Shown here one piece after another: positions 9,886-18,629 of a stretch of 64,000 bases of DNA. Within the stretch, counting starts at the first letter, position 1; every line of letters starts with the position of its first letter. The notes below the pieces were generated by a model, which saw only the letters and a list, made by a program, of their open reading frames with translations, made no database searches and was not told the origin of the DNA. The translations under genes and the position numbers were made by a program. The DNA comes from Candidatus Hydrogenedentota bacterium (GTDB taxonomy: Bacteria > Hydrogenedentota > Hydrogenedentia > Hydrogenedentales > SLHB01), in assembly GCA_963674865.2 (NCBI GenBank), contig CAXXYE010000007.1, positions 224,001 through 288,000 on the forward strand, given 5' to 3'.

Positions 9886-10392
9886 TCACGCGGCGTCGTT
9901 TAAGATGTCTTTGGCGGCACGCAGCGCGGCTATGTCTTTTCTTGCCAGTAGGCATCCGCACAGGATCAGAGGAAGTAGCGGCAGAACGGCGGCGATTTCG
10001 TACGCTCGCGCCATGTCGACGAGCGTCCAGCGTAGTAGGGCGTGGAAGAAGGCGAGGAACAGTATCAGCCATAAGGATGCGCCCGCGATGACAAAGAGCG
10101 ATACGCGCCAGAGCACCTTGCCGAAATGGGAAGGCTCCTCGGCTCTGTTCCTAAGTTCGCGCTTGACGGCGCGATGGACCAGCACAAGGCACACGAAGAC
10201 ACTCGCAAGACCGAACAGGATGAAGGCCGAAACGGCAAACGGAGGACGCTCAACACCTGGGATGAAAAGAACCACCATGTTGAGGACGATCAAAGGCACA
10301 ACAAGGATGTATCCAAGAGGAATGCCAAGACGTGACGCGAGCAGGAGAGAGTCCTTTGAGGTTTTCCGGAGCACTAAATTCGCGCGATTCAT
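9886..10392 (-). CDS. Hypothetical membrane protein (~4 TM)
   Basis: 168 aa with four hydrophobic segments; fills the intergenic gap. Confidence 0.6.
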   Translation of the reverse strand: MNRANLVLRKTSKDSLLLASRLGIPLGYILVVPLIVLNMVVLFIPGVERPPFAVSAFILFGLASVFVCLVLVHRAVKRELRNRAEEPSHFGKVLWRVSLFVIAGASLWLILFLAFFHALLRWTLVDMARAYEIAAVLPLLPLILCGCLLARKDIAALRAAKDILNDAA

Positions 10393-10620
10393 GCTTCTAT
10401 CGCCCTATTTGCTCCCATCAAGTTGACGCGATACGAGTATAGCAGAGCATTGGGCGTTTGCGGCGAAGAGCCATTTGTGTGACCATAACGCCGGAGGGCG
10501 AGAGCCTCAAAGATTGTGAGCCGAAGAGGGAACTTCATGCGGATTCAATCGCGTCGATGGACTTCCTGGACGAGACACGTCCTGGTAGACAAAGCTGAAG
10601 CGCCGCGGCCGCGTTCGTGC

Positions 10621-13032
10621 ATGAACTGGACTCGCGTGATCGCCCCGCTTGCGTGTGTGTGCCTTTGCGCCGTTGCCCTTCCGCCGCCCGACGATTACTC
10701 CTTCATGTGGTGGGCCTACGGCTGGCGCGGCCGTTCGCCGGACAACCTCAAGATACTGAGCATACAAACCAGCCGCTACGGCCTTGCCCTCGATGTTGAG
10801 CGGCCCGCCATCACGCATTTAGGGACCATCTCGCGCCCGATGCCGTACGACCTGGCCGTCGCGCAGTCTAGCGACGTTATCTTCGAGCTTCCTGAGAGCA
10901 AGTTGTCGCTGTCTATAACTATCGGGGAGGATGCATACGTCTGCGTCAGCGCCGCGTCAGATCAATCCGACCGCGTCAATTTCCCCGTGCGCATCATCGA
11001 GAGCGGACGCTTCATGCAGCGTGCCGACATGCTGCAACTTGTCTTCGAGAACGCCGCGGGCGACCGCCTCGAGGCGGAGGGCAGGCTTGAGGTCGCCGCA
11101 TGGCCGGACATGTTGAGCCTGCTCATGGATATTATTCCGAGAGACAATCTGGATAGCGTGTCCCTCAGGATCGACCTCCACGCCTGCGGAGAGCATTACC
11201 GCGCACAAACGGAACGCGAAGATCTCGTGGCCGGGCACGGGAGTTCCGTTGCCCTCTCGTGGATTCCCGACGGCCACGAGCAATCCCCACGTGAAAAACT
11301 CGACGTGACTGTTGCCAAGATCGACGGCGAGCCCGTCCCTGTCCGCTACGACGCGCGCCGCGGCCTGTATGACATCGATCTTCCCGAGGCCACGTGGTCT
11401 GTCCCGGAGGAGCCCGACCGCTTGGATCGCTACGCGCTCTCACTCACCAACACTACCGACGCCCCGGCCGTGTTCCGGCTGCTCTTTTGCCTTGATGGCT
11501 CCATCCCGGGCCTCATCGGCCTGTCACCCATGCTACGCGACGTCGACGGCGCCCCGACGGGCATCCCCGTGCAAATCTCGAAGAACTGGCATCGCCAAGC
11601 GGGCCGCACCTTTCTTTACCAAGGCCCGTGGTTTCACGGATTCACCATGGTGCCCGTCGAGGCCGGCGCGACCTGGCGCGGCGAATTCGCCATGGCCTAC
11701 GCCCGCTGGGGCGGCGTGCCCGCGGCGTCCCATGCGCAACTATGCCTCATCGGATGGGGAACGAATCAGCTTTGGGATCAAGCCGCCATCGGCTCCTGGG
11801 GCGAATCCATTTGCTACGACCCGGATGTGAATCTCGGACGCTCCATGATCGACGATATCCGTCCGTTGATGGTGACGAACATGCGAACCGATGACGGCAA
11901 GTGGGGCTGGACCGCCAACGTCGGCGGCGGGGACTTCCTCGTCTACATCGACGATGTGGGGGAGAGGCAGTACCTTTCCCGTGTCCGAACCGGTTATCGG
12001 CAGTACGGGCCTAACCTGACAAAGGTGACCTACGCCGGAGTCAGCGCCGACGGCAAGATCGCCGCTCGGATTGACGTCTCCTCCCCCCGATGCGACGACC
12101 TGAACCGCGCGTACCATCGCATTCGGTATGACGTTCTCAAGCCGACGCCGTTTACTCGCTTGGCGTTCTATCAACTCGGCGCCGACGGCTACAACGACCA
12201 CCAGTTCGATCTCATGGCCCGCGGAAACGCCGAAGCGGGATTGCTCGAAGAATGGCAACCAGAGCGGGGCGGTCTGCGTTACCATCGCGCCGGCATGCTG
12301 TGTGACGGGCCCGTGCCCTGGTTCTCGCTCCACGGAGGGCGGCGCAATGAAGCCCACCCGCGCGGCGCATGGGCCAACCGCGGCTTGATCATCCGCTCCT
12401 GGCGCGCCCGGCTGGGGGGACGTGACGTGCCCTCGCCCTTCGCATCCAGCTACGGCACCGAGAACGGCGTGCCCAGCGCGAATGTCGAGCTGTCCCCGCC
12501 GCCGGGCTGTACCGAACTAGAGGCCGGCGATTTCGTGGAGGCGGAGTTGGAACTCGTGGTGATCCCTCTCAACGCGGGGGACTACTACGGCCCCAACGAG
12601 AACCTGCGTGCCCACCTAGCCGAGCACGCAAACACATGGTGTCCCGTATGGCGTCAGGCCCGCGGCAACGATCTCCGCGTGTCCGCCGCACGGGGCACGC
12701 TCAAACAGCACTATCCCGTTGTCGTTGAGGTGGACAACACCGGCGCAGCGGATGTAGAGGTGCTTGGCGGCATAGGCTACGTGCCGTTCACGTTCGCAGG
12801 CGTTCGCGACCCCAAGCATCCCGCCCTATGGGAGATCCGCGACGGCCGGAAGATGGTGATTGATCAGTCCGTCCACGGCCGCGATTTCTGGCAGGCCGAC
12901 TACGACCCGGTGGGTGGCGCCTGGGCCATCACCTACAACATCTCCCTCGACACCCCCGATGATCGCCCGAAAACACGCCGTTTCATTTTCCAGGCGGCGG
13001 AAAGATCGACCCCAGACTCGGCGTCGCCCTAG
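10621..13032 (+). CDS. Large secreted hypothetical protein (Trp/Gly-rich, possibly carbohydrate-active)
   Basis: Long ORF (track start 10516). ATG 10621 gives a signal-peptide-like N-terminus. No family recognised; start uncertain. Confidence 0.75.
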   Translation: MNWTRVIAPLACVCLCAVALPPPDDYSFMWWAYGWRGRSPDNLKILSIQTSRYGLALDVERPAITHLGTISRPMPYDLAVAQSSDVIFELPESKLSLSITIGEDAYVCVSAASDQSDRVNFPVRIIESGRFMQRADMLQLVFENAAGDRLEAEGRLEVAAWPDMLSLLMDIIPRDNLDSVSLRIDLHACGEHYRAQTEREDLVAGHGSSVALSWIPDGHEQSPREKLDVTVAKIDGEPVPVRYDARRGLYDIDLPEATWSVPEEPDRLDRYALSLTNTTDAPAVFRLLFCLDGSIPGLIGLSPMLRDVDGAPTGIPVQISKNWHRQAGRTFLYQGPWFHGFTMVPVEAGATWRGEFAMAYARWGGVPAASHAQLCLIGWGTNQLWDQAAIGSWGESICYDPDVNLGRSMIDDIRPLMVTNMRTDDGKWGWTANVGGGDFLVYIDDVGERQYLSRVRTGYRQYGPNLTKVTYAGVSADGKIAARIDVSSPRCDDLNRAYHRIRYDVLKPTPFTRLAFYQLGADGYNDHQFDLMARGNAEAGLLEEWQPERGGLRYHRAGMLCDGPVPWFSLHGGRRNEAHPRGAWANRGLIIRSWRARLGGRDVPSPFASSYGTENGVPSANVELSPPPGCTELEAGDFVEAELELVVIPLNAGDYYGPNENLRAHLAEHANTWCPVWRQARGNDLRVSAARGTLKQHYPVVVEVDNTGAADVEVLGGIGYVPFTFAGVRDPKHPALWEIRDGRKMVIDQSVHGRDFWQADYDPVGGAWAITYNISLDTPDDRPKTRRFIFQAAERSTPDSASP

Positions 13033-13057
13033 CCTTCTGTGTGTCGCGCCCGCCCGC

Positions 13058-14035
13058 CTACACGTCCCCGAAGATCTTGTCGTAGAACGCGACGTAGTTG
13101 TCCTTGTCGGGGCTATTGCAGAAGGCGATGGCCTCGCGTGGATGCTGGTTGAGCTGGCCGGTGATGATGTACGGCACGAGCGGCCCCCATTCCATCGTCT
13201 CACGCAGTTTGATGAATTGATCTTGCAGCAGTTGATAGATGGGGCGGCGCTTGAACTTCGGATTACGCAGGAAGCCGATCAACAACTCCATGGGGCAGTT
13301 CCCGGCCCCGCGGCCGAGTCCGGCCATCGTCCCGTCCACGCGGCTCGCGCCGAGAATGATGGCCTCAATCGTGTTGGCGAAGGCCAGTTGCTGGTTGTTG
13401 TGCGCGTGAATTCCCACTTCCTTGCCCGTGTCCTTCACGGCTTCGAGGTACTTCTCCACAAGGATGGCGATTTGCTCCCGATAAAGCGCCCCAAAACTGT
13501 CCACCACAACGATGGTGCCCACTGGCGTCGCCGCGATGGTCTCAAGCGCCTGCGCCACGTCGGGTTCCTGGGCGGTGGAAACGGCCATGATATTGCACGA
13601 GGTCTCATAGCCCTTCTCATGCGCGTCGTGGATCATCTCCACGGCTTCCGGGATCTGTTCGACGTAGCACGCCACGCGGATGAGGTCCACCACGCTCTGA
13701 TCGCTCGGCAAGATCTCGGTGCTCCAATCGCTCTTGCCTGCGTCGGCCATCAACGCCAGTTTCAAGCCGGTGGCTTCCGCGTCGTGATCTCCCGTTACCT
13801 TGCGGATATCTTCCTCATCGCTATGGCGGAACGCACCGAAATCCTTCTTCGGAAACAGGCGCTTCGAGTTCCTGTAGCCGATTTCCATGTAATCCAGGCC
13901 CGCCTCGATGCAGGTGTGGTAGACGGCTTTGACGAAGTCGGTGTCGAAATGATGGTTGTTGATCAAACCGCCGTCGCGGATGGTGCAATCAAGCACCTTC
14001 AGTTCGGGCCGGTAAGTTACCCACGGTGCCTTCAT
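13058..14035 (-). CDS. DRE-TIM (HMGL-like) aldolase, 4-hydroxy-2-oxovalerate aldolase-like catalytic domain
   Basis: LDCTIRDGG, VDSFG, GIHAHNNQQLAFAN and GLGRGAGN motifs; AGGAG RBS. Confidence 0.9.
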   Translation of the reverse strand: MKAPWVTYRPELKVLDCTIRDGGLINNHHFDTDFVKAVYHTCIEAGLDYMEIGYRNSKRLFPKKDFGAFRHSDEEDIRKVTGDHDAEATGLKLALMADAGKSDWSTEILPSDQSVVDLIRVACYVEQIPEAVEMIHDAHEKGYETSCNIMAVSTAQEPDVAQALETIAATPVGTIVVVDSFGALYREQIAILVEKYLEAVKDTGKEVGIHAHNNQQLAFANTIEAIILGASRVDGTMAGLGRGAGNCPMELLIGFLRNPKFKRRPIYQLLQDQFIKLRETMEWGPLVPYIITGQLNQHPREAIAFCNSPDKDNYVAFYDKIFGDV

Positions 14036-14258
14036 CGAAATGCTCCTCCTATACTCGGACTGACTGCTCGAAAGCGGACGATTCTGTGCGGGCAGGACGC
14101 CATGCCCTGTCTGTAATCAGCCTGTCCTTGGCCCGCAGACCTCAACACATCTCGGCGCAGTCCGCGTAGTGTACACATTCACCGCCGTTCAGCCAAACGC
14201 GCGCTGCTGGCATGCACCGGTTCGGTGGGGAGCTCATATTGCCCGGTGGGCGTGCGCC

Positions 14259-15020
14259 TCAACTCGCGTGTTCCACCTGTTCGATGAACGCCGTATAGGC
14301 TTCGGCGATTTCCTTCGGCTTGATGATGGGCAGGCCCGAGTGGAAAGCGCCCGCGATCCAATGCAGCGTGATATTGCCGCGATCCGGGATCTTCAGCGCC
14401 TCCCGGGACGCCGGCGCGCGGCCGCGGTCCCCGTAGATCTCGAGTACAGGTATCTCGGTTTCGCAAAGGAACGCGTATCCATCCCACTGCCGCCAGATGC
14501 GGGCGAACGCCTTGATCTGCTCCTCCGTCCATCGCGTGTCCACTGTTGCGCGCGCTTCGAGGTATTTGGCCTCCTGCTCCGGCGTCCGCTCGTTCTTCGA
14601 CGGCCCGTGAAACGCGTCCTTCTCCGCATGGTAATTCGTCCAGCCCTCGCAGCAGAGAATACCTCTGACGCGCTCACCGGCTACACGCCCGACCTCCAAC
14701 GCGATCATACCGCCGATGCTGTGCCCGCCGATATAGAATCGCTCGATGCCGAGGTGGTCGAGCACCTTCAAGGAGTCGGCGCCAAACTGCTCGATAGAAC
14801 CGTTCACCGGCGGCGGCCAGCTCGCCCCGTGTCCGCGCAACTCGATGAGCACAAGCGACAAATCCTTGTCGAGCAGCGGCACGACGAAGTCCCATTGCGC
14901 CGCACTGCTGAAGCTCCCCGGAATGAGCACGACGGCCGGGCCCGACCCGGCCCGGAACAGATAGGATAGATGCCCTTCCTCGATGTCTACGCTCCCACGC
15001 GCAAAACCTTCCATATTCAA
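14259..15020 (-). CDS. Alpha/beta hydrolase
   Basis: ELRGHGAS, nucleophile elbow GHSIGG, C-terminal His (AFHS). Confidence 0.9.
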   Translation of the reverse strand: MNMEGFARGSVDIEEGHLSYLFRAGSGPAVVLIPGSFSSAAQWDFVVPLLDKDLSLVLIELRGHGASWPPPVNGSIEQFGADSLKVLDHLGIERFYIGGHSIGGMIALEVGRVAGERVRGILCCEGWTNYHAEKDAFHGPSKNERTPEQEAKYLEARATVDTRWTEEQIKAFARIWRQWDGYAFLCETEIPVLEIYGDRGRAPASREALKIPDRGNITLHWIAGAFHSGLPIIKPKEIAEAYTAFIEQVEHAS

Positions 15021-15079
15021 GAATCTCCCAGCGAAACGCCTTTGTCAACGAAACACGCGACGGCCCGCGATGCGGTACG

Positions 15080-15853
15080 TCACGCACTCTTTGGAAGCTC
15101 GTCCAGCAACGCCGTCAACGTCCGGGCGTCGCGAACCAGATTATCAGGTTTCCCATCCGCCACAAACTCGAGCAGCGCGTAGCGCTCGCCGCCGCATCGC
15201 GCCGCATGCGCCAGATAGCCTTGCCACTCCGATAGCCCCTTCGCCAAGGCCAGCTGCTTCCCGCCCTCTTCGAAGAACACGTGCAGATTGCTCAACCATG
15301 GACACATCGTCTCAAGGCTCGCCATCCGCTCCTCAGGCGACAGCGAAAGGTCCATCTGCCAGTAACTTGTCATGGACGGATGATTCACCATTTCGAGCAG
15401 CTTCCGCGCCGTTTCCGGCGTATCCGTCAGCGTGTTCCGGTGGTACTCGAAGGCCAATCTGAGGCTGGCCGCCCCGGCCATATCCGCGATGGAGCGGCTC
15501 GCGTCCACGACGGTGTCCCACCAAGCCGAGTCCGCCTTCGCCGAAGCTCGCTCTCCCGCCCAGACGCGGATAAGCGGCGCGCCAAGCCCAAGGGCCGTCT
15601 CGATCACACCCTCAAACTGCCCATACGGCTCGGACTCATTTCCTACCCGATAATACGATCCGTAGGACGAGACCGCCAGTCCGGCCGCCTGCGTCATCTC
15701 GGCGACCTCACGCGCCAACCGGCTCTTGCCGGGCGGCACATGCACGTCGCCGCCCCATTCAATTGCTTCGAGCCCGCCTTTCTTGGCGATTTCAATGATT
15801 GCCTTCGGATCCAGTTTGCGAAATGTAACCGACACCATGCCCGAATGTATCAT
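15080..15853 (-). CDS. Sugar phosphate isomerase/epimerase (xylose isomerase-like TIM barrel)
   Basis: IEWGGDVH, GSYY, IRVWAG, FEYHRNTLTD, NLHVF and LLEFV motifs. Confidence 0.88.
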   Translation of the reverse strand: MIHSGMVSVTFRKLDPKAIIEIAKKGGLEAIEWGGDVHVPPGKSRLAREVAEMTQAAGLAVSSYGSYYRVGNESEPYGQFEGVIETALGLGAPLIRVWAGERASAKADSAWWDTVVDASRSIADMAGAASLRLAFEYHRNTLTDTPETARKLLEMVNHPSMTSYWQMDLSLSPEERMASLETMCPWLSNLHVFFEEGGKQLALAKGLSEWQGYLAHAARCGGERYALLEFVADGKPDNLVRDARTLTALLDELPKSA

Positions 15854-15910
15854 CTGCGCAGCCCTCCCTGCCGAGAGGCCGGTAAGTCTCTGGAATACCA
15901 GCCCCGTCCT

Positions 15911-18394
15911 TTACTGCACGTATCCCGCGAAGCGATGGCGCATCTTGCGTACGCGCCAGAGGCCTCCATCGACGTCGACTGCCATGCTCGGGATATCGCG
16001 GTAGTGATCTTGCCCAGCGTACGTATCGTACTGAATGTCTCCCGCCGTTTCGAGCGTTATCACCCCGTCTTCCCACTCGGCGGAGACGGCGCCGGGCGCA
16101 TCGGAAGTCACTTGCAGCAAGCCTTCCGGAGTCGTCAGGGCGAGGCGCGTCCCGCCTACAAACAACACGGCCTCCGCATCTCGCGCGAGACTCAGTGCCG
16201 CGTCGCTTTCGAGAGACACGCCATCCTGAAACCGGCTTGCACCCGCACCGAAGCAGAGATGGTACGTGTGCGATGCTGTTGTCAGCAGCAGGGATTCGCC
16301 CTCATCTCCTCGCTCAACCTGCCTAAGGTTGGGCGTATCGCGCCATGCATCCCATACGGCCAGAAACGGCGCGTCATCCGTACGCCGCACGCACAATGTC
16401 TGGCATGGCGGGTCCTCCGGCGTGACGAACGCGTTGTCCACGGGATACGTCTCAAGCCCGTAGGCCTCCGTGCCTTCAGCGCCCATCATGGTGAGACGCG
16501 ATGTCACCTCATCCACGCGCCAGCGAACATCCCACGCCTCTGCCGGACTTCCTCGGACGACCCTGCCCGTCCCGTTGTACAGCCACTCGACGGGCTCGAA
16601 CGCCGCGTCCTCCATCGCCATCGAGAAACGCGGCGCCGGGCCCGCGTGATGCGCCATCCAATCGTGGGCGCCGCCACCCTCGACCCGGAAGAAGTCCACG
16701 ATAATATCCTCGATAAGGACCACTGACCGGCGGTAGGTATTAGCCTCAGGATAAAGGTTGTCGCCGTGCAGCTCGGCGAACTTCGCCACCGGGCCCGCGA
16801 AGAAGTAGGCCACCCTCGGCGTCTCCTCCGCGCAAAGGGCCTCGCCCTGCTTCTGGGAGCGGCGATTCACGGTGACGGTGTTGTGCGACGGGGACAAGGT
16901 GCCCAGCTCCCGCGTCACCGACTCGTTGTAAGGCGTAGCCTTCTCGAGCGCGAGCAGTTTCCCGTGCGAGTAGCTGACGAGCGTCAGGCGATCCGCGTGC
17001 TGGTGGCCGCCTCCGGCGATGAGCGCGTTGAGGCCGACCCATACCCGGTTGCCTTGCCACTCATTGCGCAAGGCCACCCACCCACTGGACAGATAGGAGC
17101 TTGTGAAGGGCGTGTAACGCTGGACAATCTCAGGCGCTCCGTGGAGCAGGCCCGCCCAACTCCGCTGCCCATCGCGCAGTGCATCGTAGTCTCCCACGGC
17201 CCGGATATCGAAGAAGCGATAACCCACTTCCGCCGTGGTGAAGTACGAGTCCATCCCCGCCCGCGAGATCGTCGAGTCGCCCAGAACCGGCATCGAGCGA
17301 TCCGGCATCGCCAGCGAGATAAACCACTGAAGGGCCTTGTAGAGCACCTTTCCTGCGGCACTTGCCCGATCCGTGAGGTCGTATTGCCTCGCGGGGAACC
17401 GGACGGAATCCATCTGCGTGAGATGGTGGGACAGCACGGCCAATTCGCAGAAATGATGCAGCGGGTAAAGATGATAGCCTGAACACAACTCCCAATATGC
17501 CCCGTCCGGATTGAAATGCGTCGCCACCAGGCGCCGGATGCTGCGATGCTCCGGCTCGTTCGCCGGGGCGAACGGGCCATACCCGAAACTCCAGTCGATC
17601 AGATCCTCCCGTTCGAGCGCCAGCGCCGTCTGGATGATGGTGCGATGCCATTGATAGACGTTGTTGTGATTGTACGTGTAGATGGGCTCCAGCATCAGAT
17701 CTTCGAGCATACGCGTGAGCGCATGCTTCTCGAAGCGCGCCCGCTGCGCTTCCGTCATACGGCCCCGCAGCAACTCGTAGGCACGCGCCAAGTCATAGAG
17801 AATCTTGTTATCCCCCTCCCGGTGGTACGTCAGGATGCGGGAGAACTGGTGATCCTCGGCAACGTCCGTCGGAAGTCCTTCGAGCACCTCCGCATACAGC
17901 ATGAGCAGCTCGATGCCCCGCTCGGTGTAGCGCTCCTTGCCCTCGACCCGCGCCATCAAGCCCAGGTCGGCCGCGACGCTGCACGCGTTCTGGTAGAACC
18001 GGCATGCCCACCCATCATACATCGTCCCGTGATACCGGTGCTCCGGCGGGTAAATCCCTGCATCCGTCTCCGAAGCGTAATGCGCGCCGCAGATGGGACA
18101 CGCGAACGTGTCCGGCTGGAAGGGATCGAACGTGAGGGCGTGGCGATCTTTAGGACACGAGAAATTGTGGTACACGTTGCCCCGCCTCCTGGGGAACACG
18201 CGCCGCAACTCCTCGTAGGATGCATCTAACCAAGGAGCTACAATCTCCTTGCGCGTTGCGTAAACCGCCTGCGCCCAGTCATAGGCCGCGATGCGCTCAC
18301 GGACTTCCTCGATGGTTGACTCCGTGACGATCCCGGCCGGATGTTCCCACTGAACCGCGCACACCTGAGCTAGGATGATCAACAAGACGGGCAT
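15911..18394 (-). CDS. Heparinase II/III-like polysaccharide lyase (alginate lyase PL15/17-like architecture)
   Basis: Signal peptide; alpha/alpha toroid with HNN and DGAYWE..GYHLY; GHQHADRL and SHNTVTVN in the heparinase II/III domain. Confidence 0.85.
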   Translation of the reverse strand: MPVLLIILAQVCAVQWEHPAGIVTESTIEEVRERIAAYDWAQAVYATRKEIVAPWLDASYEELRRVFPRRRGNVYHNFSCPKDRHALTFDPFQPDTFACPICGAHYASETDAGIYPPEHRYHGTMYDGWACRFYQNACSVAADLGLMARVEGKERYTERGIELLMLYAEVLEGLPTDVAEDHQFSRILTYHREGDNKILYDLARAYELLRGRMTEAQRARFEKHALTRMLEDLMLEPIYTYNHNNVYQWHRTIIQTALALEREDLIDWSFGYGPFAPANEPEHRSIRRLVATHFNPDGAYWELCSGYHLYPLHHFCELAVLSHHLTQMDSVRFPARQYDLTDRASAAGKVLYKALQWFISLAMPDRSMPVLGDSTISRAGMDSYFTTAEVGYRFFDIRAVGDYDALRDGQRSWAGLLHGAPEIVQRYTPFTSSYLSSGWVALRNEWQGNRVWVGLNALIAGGGHQHADRLTLVSYSHGKLLALEKATPYNESVTRELGTLSPSHNTVTVNRRSQKQGEALCAEETPRVAYFFAGPVAKFAELHGDNLYPEANTYRRSVVLIEDIIVDFFRVEGGGAHDWMAHHAGPAPRFSMAMEDAAFEPVEWLYNGTGRVVRGSPAEAWDVRWRVDEVTSRLTMMGAEGTEAYGLETYPVDNAFVTPEDPPCQTLCVRRTDDAPFLAVWDAWRDTPNLRQVERGDEGESLLLTTASHTYHLCFGAGASRFQDGVSLESDAALSLARDAEAVLFVGGTRLALTTPEGLLQVTSDAPGAVSAEWEDGVITLETAGDIQYDTYAGQDHYRDIPSMAVDVDGGLWRVRKMRHRFAGYVQ

Positions 18395-18550
18395 TCGGAT
18401 AAATCCTCTCTAATCCCGCCCATGATAGCATGGCCTGCCGCCTTGCTGGTGCGCCGCTATCGGATAACTCAGCGGCGCCGCACAACAACGCTTTTTCGGC
18501 CCGATTCCGACAAGTACCTCGGAACTTCTCACTGGATTTGTGGATAGACA

Positions 18551-18580
18551 TTGACGGGCGAGTATAAGACGCCATACTAT
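18551..18580 (+). promoter_or_regulatory. Putative sigma-70 promoter
   Basis: TTGACG-N18-TACTAT upstream of the 18630 ORF. Confidence 0.45.
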
Positions 18581-18629
18581 GCCCGCTGTCATTCGCCATA
18601 TGACGGGCCGATGAAGTACCAGCCGGGAG

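Noticed and set aside
9746..10072. N-terminal extension of the 1267-aa ORF
   Set aside because: It overlaps the 9886-10392 gene and has non-protein-like composition; the RBS and signal peptide indicate a start at 9745.
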